This document shows, in pieces, positions 57,963 through 64,000 of a stretch of DNA of 64,000 bases; positions within the stretch are counted from its first letter, which is position 1, and every line of letters begins with the position of its first letter. The DNA lies in the NCBI GenBank assembly GCA_964291495.2, contig OZ219871.1:1152001-1216000 (forward strand), written 5' to 3'. Below the pieces are notes generated by a model. The model was not told the DNA's origin. It made no database searches and worked only from the letters and a program-made list of their open reading frames with translations. The stretch comes from Dehalococcoidia bacterium (GTDB lineage Bacteria; Chloroflexota; Dehalococcoidia; UBA2979). Both the position numbers and the translations under genes were made by a program.

Positions 57963-59105
57963 ATGAAGATCGGCGTCCACCTCAACTTCCAGAACTACGG
58001 CGACTGGGAACGCTACGAGGCGCGGTCGAACGCGCCGCAGGCCGTCACCGACCAGCAGATCTACGAGGAAGACCTGCATCTCGCCTCGCTCATCGAGCCG
58101 CTCGGCTACGACTCCTACTGGACGATCGACCACCACTTCTCGCCCTACATCATGACCGGCGGGGCGATGCAGCACCTGACCTACATGGCCGGGGCGACGG
58201 AGCGGATCGACTTCGGGACGATGGTGATCGTGCTGCCCTGGTACGACCCGGTGATCGTCGCCGAGCAGATCTCGGTGCTCGACAACATGCTGCAGGGGCG
58301 CAAGCTGACGATCGGCCTCGGACGCGGGGCGGCGCAGCGCGAGTTCGACGCCTACCGCATCCCGATGGGCGAGTCGCGCGACCGCTTCATGGAGTCGCTC
58401 GCGATCCTGCGCAAGGCGCTGACGCGCGAGTGGTGGAGCCACGAGGGCGACTTCTACTCGATCCCGGAGACGACGATCCGCCCGCGTCCGCGCAACGGGC
58501 CCGAGATCGTCGAGAACCTGAAGGTCGCCTGGGTCAGCCCTGAGACACTGGAGATCGCGGCCAACGCCGGCCTCGGCGTGCTGATGACGAACCAGAAGAG
58601 CTGGGACGAGTACCGCGAGGAGCTCGGCCAGTTCAACACGATCCGCCGCGACCGCGGCTGGGCGCCCGTGCAGCCCACCACGGTCGCGAACCTCGCCTGT
58701 TTCGAGACGGAGGAGGAGGCCTGGAGCATCATCCTGGAGGCGGTGACGCAGGCGCAGATCAGCAACAACAACCACTACCAGTTCGCGGACAGCTCGATCT
58801 TCAAGGCGGCCACGGGCTACAGCTACTACGAGAACTTCGAGAAGACCTTCAAGCGCAAGACGACCGAGGAGATCGGCGAGTTCAACGCGCGCCCGCAGGC
58901 CTGGGGCACGCCCGAGCAGGTGCTGCAGAAGCTGATCGACATTCGCGACAAGACCAGCGCCGAGGAGATCATCCTCAACGCCCGCTACGGCGGCATGTCC
59001 GCCGAGCACGCCGAGCGCAGCCTGCGGCTCTTCGCCAGGGAGGTGCTGCCGAAGCTGCAGGAGCTCGACGCGCCGCTCTCGCCCGAGGTGGCCGGGCTGG
59101 CGTAG
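57963..59105 (+). CDS. LLM class flavin-dependent oxidoreductase
   Basis: WTIDHHF, LPWYDPVIVAEQISVLD, GLGRG, GTPEQV, LFAREVLP. Confidence 0.88.
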   Translation: MKIGVHLNFQNYGDWERYEARSNAPQAVTDQQIYEEDLHLASLIEPLGYDSYWTIDHHFSPYIMTGGAMQHLTYMAGATERIDFGTMVIVLPWYDPVIVAEQISVLDNMLQGRKLTIGLGRGAAQREFDAYRIPMGESRDRFMESLAILRKALTREWWSHEGDFYSIPETTIRPRPRNGPEIVENLKVAWVSPETLEIAANAGLGVLMTNQKSWDEYREELGQFNTIRRDRGWAPVQPTTVANLACFETEEEAWSIILEAVTQAQISNNNHYQFADSSIFKAATGYSYYENFEKTFKRKTTEEIGEFNARPQAWGTPEQVLQKLIDIRDKTSAEEIILNARYGGMSAEHAERSLRLFAREVLPKLQELDAPLSPEVAGLA

Positions 59106-59174
59106 CGAGCCCCGCCCAGACACGAGGGAGGCAGCAACGGGACCGGCGCCCCCGCGCCGGACCGGGGGGACGAC

Positions 59175-60023
59175 GTGGAACAGCTGGAGGGTGGCACGGC
59201 GGTCATCACCGGCGGAGCCAGCGGCATCGGCCTCGGGATCGCCCGCGCCGCAGCCGGCGAGGGCATGCACGTCGTGATCGCCGACATCGAGGCGGGTCCG
59301 GGCAGGGAGGCCGCCGCCGCGGTCGCGGCGACGGGCGCGCGTTCGCTCTTCGTCCGGACGAACGTGATGGATCCCGACTCCGTCGAGGCGCTCGCCGACC
59401 TCGCCTTCTCCGAGTTCGGACGCGTCGATCTGCTGTGCAACAACGCGGGCGTACACCACCCCGGCCTCTTCAGCGAGACGAGCCGGCAGGACTGGCGCTG
59501 GCTGCTCGGCGTCAACCTCGAGGGCGTGGTCCACGGACTGCTTGCCTTCCTGCCGCGGATGCGGGAGCAGGGCGGCGAGTCGCACATCGTCAACACCTCC
59601 TCGCTCGCCGGCCTGGCGCCGTTGCCCGGCGGCGCCGCCTATACGACGAGCAAGTTCGCGGTCACGGGCCTGACCGAGGTCCTGCGCCGCGAGCTTGCCC
59701 CGCACCGGATCGGCGTCTCGCTGCTCTGCCCTGGCCCGGTGAACACCAGAATCGGCAGCTCGGCCCGCAATCGCCGGGGCGCCCTCGGCGACGACGGCGA
59801 GGACAGCGGAGAGACGGCCGACAGCAATGCGCAGGCCGATGTCGAGGCGGTGACCGCCCGCGGGATGGACCCGGACCTCGTGGGGCGGCTGGTGATGGCC
59901 GGTGTACGCGCGAACGACCGCTACATCCTCCCCCACCCGGAGTGGCGGGATGCCATCGAAGCGCGGATGACGCGCCTGCTGCAGGGCTTCGATCGCGCCG
60001 AGGAGATGCTCGACAGCCTGTAG
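59175..60023 (+). CDS. SDR family oxidoreductase
   Basis: TGGASGIG, NNAG, YTTSK. Confidence 0.92.
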   Translation: MEQLEGGTAVITGGASGIGLGIARAAAGEGMHVVIADIEAGPGREAAAAVAATGARSLFVRTNVMDPDSVEALADLAFSEFGRVDLLCNNAGVHHPGLFSETSRQDWRWLLGVNLEGVVHGLLAFLPRMREQGGESHIVNTSSLAGLAPLPGGAAYTTSKFAVTGLTEVLRRELAPHRIGVSLLCPGPVNTRIGSSARNRRGALGDDGEDSGETADSNAQADVEAVTARGMDPDLVGRLVMAGVRANDRYILPHPEWRDAIEARMTRLLQGFDRAEEMLDSL

Positions 60024-60038
60024 CGCGACGGCGGTCGC

Positions 60039-60851
60039 TCAGCTCCGGCAGCCGACGCCGTCCCCGTCGCGGTCGAGTTGGTGCGGGTCCGGCGGCAGCA
60101 CGCGGATGTCGCGGTACTCGATATCGCCGCAGTTGAGGTCCGGCGGCGGCGGCGGGATGCAGACGTCGGGGTAGGCATCGTCGCACCCGTCCCTGGAACT
60201 CGCGGCGCCAGCGTCAATGTCGTCCGCGCCATCTTCCGTCTCGCACGCGGTCCAGAGGCCGGCGCCAGCCGCGCGGGCGCGCGCCTCGGCCTCGCGGAGG
60301 CGCTGCTCGTGCTGCTCCATGTCTCCCGAGTCGAAGAGCCTCGCGTAGCCGCCCTCGAGCAGCAGCTCGTTCAGCATCCGCCCGTCGTCGAGGTAGACGT
60401 AGCGCAGCAGGCGGCCGAAGGCGTCCTTGTCCGTGGCATCGCGCTCCAGGCGCACCTCGGAGCCCTCCGGCAGCAGCGAGGAGACGTACTCGCTCGCCTC
60501 CGGTCCGTAGCATTCCGTGGGGCGCAGCTCGGGCGTGTCGACCAGCAGCAGCCGCACGCGCCGCGTCTCATCCCAGATCATCACATCGATCGTGTCGCCA
60601 TCGACGACGCGGGCGACCGGAACGGTCCCGGTCGTCGAGGGCGGCTCGACGACCCAGCGCTCGATGAAGCGCTCGTTGACGAAGTCGGGCGCGGCCGGGA
60701 AGTAGCCATGCCACTCGCCGTCCTCGTCCTGCACCCAGACGGAGCGCGCGCCATCGAGATCGAGCATGAGCCCCGGCGCGGAGGCGCGCGCGTCGACGGC
60801 GGCGACGAACAGGAAGACCGCCGCGAGCAGCGCGAGCGCGAGTCGCCTCAT
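60039..60851 (-). CDS. secreted thermonuclease (SNase) with C-terminal Excalibur-like Ca-binding domain
   Basis: Signal peptide; VVDGDT, VRLLLVDTPE, DAFGRLLRYV, GLW; DLNC...LDRDGDGVGC. Confidence 0.88.
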   Translation of the reverse strand: MRRLALALLAAVFLFVAAVDARASAPGLMLDLDGARSVWVQDEDGEWHGYFPAAPDFVNERFIERWVVEPPSTTGTVPVARVVDGDTIDVMIWDETRRVRLLLVDTPELRPTECYGPEASEYVSSLLPEGSEVRLERDATDKDAFGRLLRYVYLDDGRMLNELLLEGGYARLFDSGDMEQHEQRLREAEARARAAGAGLWTACETEDGADDIDAGAASSRDGCDDAYPDVCIPPPPPDLNCGDIEYRDIRVLPPDPHQLDRDGDGVGCRS

Positions 60852-60964
60852 CGCCTGTCTCCCGTCCTGCGGCGCCCCTCGTGCGCCCCGCCTGCAAGCC
60901 TAGCGCTCGGGGTGGCGAGCAACGTGGCGCAGTTGTGCGATGATGGAGGCCGCCGGAGGCAATC

Positions 60965-61210
60965 ATGGTGACCAAGCACTTCCGCGCCAGGTACTCGAAG
61001 GGCGTCCTCGAACCCCTCGAGGCGATCGACCTCGAGGAGGGGGCGGAAGTCTCCCTGTCCATCGAGGAGGAGCCCTCGCCGAAGCACGACCCCGAGGCGA
61101 TGAGAGCTGGTGCCGGCGGCTGGGTCGGCCAGCATGAAGATCCGGAAGAGTTGATCCGGATGATCTACGAGTCCCGCATCACCGGCTCGCGGGAACCGCC
61201 AGACCTGTAA
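60965..61210 (+). CDS. antitoxin, AF2212/DUF104-like (VapB role)
   Basis: ARYSKGVLEPLEAIDLEEG N-terminus; immediately upstream of a PIN toxin. Confidence 0.78.
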   Translation: MVTKHFRARYSKGVLEPLEAIDLEEGAEVSLSIEEEPSPKHDPEAMRAGAGGWVGQHEDPEELIRMIYESRITGSREPPDL

Positions 61211-61214
61211 CGCC

Positions 61215-61607
61215 GTGCAATATCTCGTAGACACGGATTGGGTGATCCACTACCTGAACCGCATCGGACGCGTCGTTGACCGTGTAGTGGAGTTAACACC
61301 GGAGGGCCTCGCCCTAAGCATCATTTCCCTCGCGGAGCTGCACGAAGGAGTGCTGGGGTCGGCGAATCCGGAACACAGCGAGCGAGAATTGCGGGCCTTC
61401 CTGGAACGGGTCTATCTGCTTGAGTTGGATGAGGAGACCTGCCGGATCTTCGGCAGGGAGCGCGCCCGCCTGCGCGCCGCCGGCAATCTCATCGGCGACC
61501 TCGACCTGCTGATCGGGGCGACGGCGCTACGCCACGGGCTGACGCTGCTCACCAACAACCGGCGCCACTTCGAACGGATCGAGGGTCTCGCCGCCGAGTC
61601 TGTGTAG
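61215..61607 (+). CDS. vapC: VapC family PIN-domain toxin
   Basis: YLVDTD, SLAEL, DLLIGATAL, TNNRRHF. Confidence 0.9.
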   Translation: MQYLVDTDWVIHYLNRIGRVVDRVVELTPEGLALSIISLAELHEGVLGSANPEHSERELRAFLERVYLLELDEETCRIFGRERARLRAAGNLIGDLDLLIGATALRHGLTLLTNNRRHFERIEGLAAESV

Positions 61608-61627
61608 CGGACGCCCCGGCGCAGCCT

Positions 61628-62077
61628 TCAGCTCGGGCCGTCGGGCTTGTCCTCCTGGCCGGCCCAGACGACGCCCAGCGTGCGATGGGCGAAGCGCCAG
61701 GCGCCCTCGTGGCGCGCGTACTCGTCGCGGTAGTGGATGTACATCACGCGGTCACGCGTGCCCTCCTCGGCGTTCTCGGTGAAGTGGTGGGCGATGCAGT
61801 AAGTCTCGCCGCGGACCACGCCGTCGTCGATCCAGTGGCGCGACTGGCCGACGAGGTGGAAGGTGCGGTCGTAGCGCGCGAGGCCGGACACGCCCTTCGC
61901 GATCGCGTCTCGGCCGTCGTAGCGACCACGCGAGGGGATGAGCACGCCGTCCGGCGTGAACAGCGCGGCGAAGCCCTCGAAGTCTCGCGCGTCGGCGGCG
62001 AAGGCGTAGGCGTGGCCGAGCGCGACCAACTCCTCGCGATCCTCGCGCGTGAGTTCCGCCGGGACGGCGTCGCTCAC
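61628..62077 (-). CDS. SnoaL/NTF2-like domain protein
   Basis: YAFAADARD, LFTPDG, TFHLVG, YRDEY...WRF. Confidence 0.85.
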   Translation of the reverse strand: MSDAVPAELTREDREELVALGHAYAFAADARDFEGFAALFTPDGVLIPSRGRYDGRDAIAKGVSGLARYDRTFHLVGQSRHWIDDGVVRGETYCIAHHFTENAEEGTRDRVMYIHYRDEYARHEGAWRFAHRTLGVVWAGQEDKPDGPS

Positions 62078-63003
62078 GAGGCAGCCGCGCGGAAGGCCTC
62101 GACGATGGCGCTGAACTCCTCCGTGGCCGCCTCGCGCTCCTCGGTGACCCGGAAGCCGCCACGCACGTCGGTCACGCCCGCGGCCACGAGGTCCGGCACG
62201 GCCGCCATCGTCGCCTCGAGATCGATCCCGCCCGCGTCGTCCTGGACGATCTGCAGCCGACCGACGACCCCGAGCTCGGCCGGGTCGCGGCCGAAGCTGG
62301 CGACGGCCTCGCGCATCCGCTCGATGCCGCCCGGGATGTCGGCGGCGTCCGGGCCCCAGGGGATCCAGCCGGAGCCGTAGCGCGCGAGGCGCCGCATCGC
62401 CCTTGGATTGACGGTGCCGCTCACCCAGATCGGGACGCCGCCGGGCTGCACGGGCTTGGGCATCTGGTGGACGTTGCTGAACGTCACGCCCTCGGCGTCG
62501 TAGGCCGCGACGCGGTTGCGCCAGAGCGTCTGGCAGAGCTCGAGCGTGTGGTCGAGCAGCCGCCCGCGACGGTGGTACGGGAGGCCCGCAGCCTGGTACT
62601 CGGCGAGCTGCCAGCCGATGCCGACGCCGATGTCGAGCCGCCCGCCGGAGAGCACATCGATCGTCGCCCCCACCTTGGCGAGGACGAGCGGGCGGCGCAG
62701 CGCGGCAAGCAGGATGTTGGTTCCGAAGCGCACGCGCGAGGTCACCGAGGTGAGGTGCGCGATCACCGTCAGCGGATCGAGCCAGTAGCCGTCGGGGCTC
62801 GTCGGCTGGACGCCGCCGACCTGGCCGCCCAGCTCCGGCAGGGCGTAGTCCTCGAGCTGCTCCCCGAAGGCGACGTGGTCGGAGACCGTGAGCCGGTCGA
62901 CGCCGGCCTCGTCGGCCGCCCGGGCGACGTCGATCAGGTGTTGCCAGCTGCCGGGATCCTCGGGCGTGAACGAGCGGAGACCTGTCGAGAGTTGCGGCTG
63001 CAC
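62074..63003 (-). CDS. LLM class F420-dependent oxidoreductase
   Basis: VSDHV, DPL, DVLSGGRLDIGVGIGW, PKPVQPGGVPIWVSG. Confidence 0.88.
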   Translation of the reverse strand: MQPQLSTGLRSFTPEDPGSWQHLIDVARAADEAGVDRLTVSDHVAFGEQLEDYALPELGGQVGGVQPTSPDGYWLDPLTVIAHLTSVTSRVRFGTNILLAALRRPLVLAKVGATIDVLSGGRLDIGVGIGWQLAEYQAAGLPYHRRGRLLDHTLELCQTLWRNRVAAYDAEGVTFSNVHQMPKPVQPGGVPIWVSGTVNPRAMRRLARYGSGWIPWGPDAADIPGGIERMREAVASFGRDPAELGVVGRLQIVQDDAGGIDLEATMAAVPDLVAAGVTDVRGGFRVTEEREAATEEFSAIVEAFRAAAS

Positions 63004-63082
63004 GGCTGTCGCTCCCTTCCGGGCGCGTACGGCCCGATGCGCGGCGTGAAGCGCGGCGATGATAGCGCCTTGGGGCGGCCGG

Positions 63083-64000
63083 TCAGCGTCGCGAGGGCGC
63101 CTCGGCGGCGGCGGCGCGGCCGGCGACGCGGCCGAAGGCGAGTGCGTCGGCGATGTGGAAGCCGCCGTCCTTGCACCAGCTGTAGGTGGAGCTGACGGTG
63201 CCCGCGGCGTAGAGCCCCGGGATCACGCGACCGAACGGGTCGAGCACTTGCGAGCGCTCGTTGCGCCTCGGGCCGCCATTGGTCCAGCCGAGCAGCGGCG
63301 CCGAGGTGAAGCCGTAGTAGGGCGGCTGGTCGATCGGCGCGAGCGTGCGCGGGTGGCGCTGGAACTGGTCGTCGACGCCGGCGGCGCAGGCCGCGTTGTA
63401 GCGCCGCACCGTCTCCTCGAGGACCGCGCCGTCGACGTCGAGCAGCGCCGCCAGCTCGCGAGGCGAATCCGCGCGCTTGATCCAGCCGCGCTCGATCTCG
63501 GCGCTGTTGTCCTCGCTCCACTCGTAGCCCTCGACGAGCATGTTCCAGCCGACGGGGAGCAGCGAGGGCGGCGGCGAAATCGGACCGGCGAGGCGGGTGC
63601 GCTCGTCGAAGATCACGTGCATCGGCGCTGCCGGGTAGAGCTCGTAGCTGCCGTTGATCTTCCCGTGGCCGTGGCCGCCGCGCGGGAACTCGTCGATCAG
63701 CCGCCGGCCGTCCATGCCGGTGAAGATGAAGCCGCGCGCGAAGACGAAGGAGACGTAGAAGCCGCTCTCGAAGCCCTCCGCGCGGAAGCCGAAGGCGGTC
63801 GCCATGTTGTCCATGTGCCAGAGGTCCGCGCCCACCTGCTGCGCCATGCGGATGCCGTCGCCGGTGCCGGCCGGCGACCCCCAGACCGGCGAGTCCGGAA
63901 GCTGCAGGTAGTCGCGCACCATCTGCGGGTTGTTTTCGAAGCCCCCGGTGGCGAGCACCACACCGCCACGGGCGCGGATGCGCAGCGGCGTTCCGCCCTC
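63083..64000 (-). CDS. FAD-binding oxidoreductase (flavocytochrome c/3-ketosteroid dehydrogenase-like), 5' part outside window
   Basis: IRARGGVVLATGGF, GTGDG, TNGGPRRN..SQVL...IPGLYAAG, FGRVAG; frame open to the window edge. Confidence 0.85.
   Translation of the reverse strand, partial: EGGTPLRIRARGGVVLATGGFENNPQMVRDYLQLPDSPVWGSPAGTGDGIRMAQQVGADLWHMDNMATAFGFRAEGFESGFYVSFVFARGFIFTGMDGRRLIDEFPRGGHGHGKINGSYELYPAAPMHVIFDERTRLAGPISPPPSLLPVGWNMLVEGYEWSEDNSAEIERGWIKRADSPRELAALLDVDGAVLEETVRRYNAACAAGVDDQFQRHPRTLAPIDQPPYYGFTSAPLLGWTNGGPRRNERSQVLDPFGRVIPGLYAAGTVSSTYSWCKDGGFHIADALAFGRVAGRAAAAEAPSRR

Overview
Very GC-rich (visually ~70% or more) bacterial chromosomal segment. Gene content suggests Chloroflexota/Dehalococcoidia of the SAR202-like type; this is inferred from paralogue expansions of LLM oxidoreductases, class III CoA-transferases, SDRs, crotonases and MFS transporters. 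The window holds partial holB, lysA, tRNA-Thr(CGT) and katG. It also holds an origin-type cluster, rpmH-rnpA-yidD-[beta-propeller lipoprotein]-yidC-jag-[PfkB]-parA-parB, with a perfect parS. Other content: nickel-pincer cofactor genes larE/larB/larC, several acyl-CoA/steroid-side-chain-like catabolic operons, scattered single-gene or two-gene toxin/nuclease islets (Fic, DUF5678 plus retropepsin, Uma2, NucS-like, VapBC) and two families of REP-like palindromes. Best leads: (1) a Cys-free peroxiredoxin with an in-frame UGA exactly at the peroxidatic position, followed by a SECIS-like hairpin (a selenoprotein split in two by the ORF track); (2) a YidC with a ~65-aa C-C-H-H, DUF1059-like putative metal-binding domain inserted in its cytoplasmic C1 hairpin, encoded behind a BamB-like lipoprotein; (3) a DUF5678 plus aspartyl-protease two-gene module; (4) composite REP modules. 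No CRISPR array, transposase, integrase, rRNA or dnaA/DnaA-box cluster was seen. All family assignments come from motif recognition by eye, not database searches.
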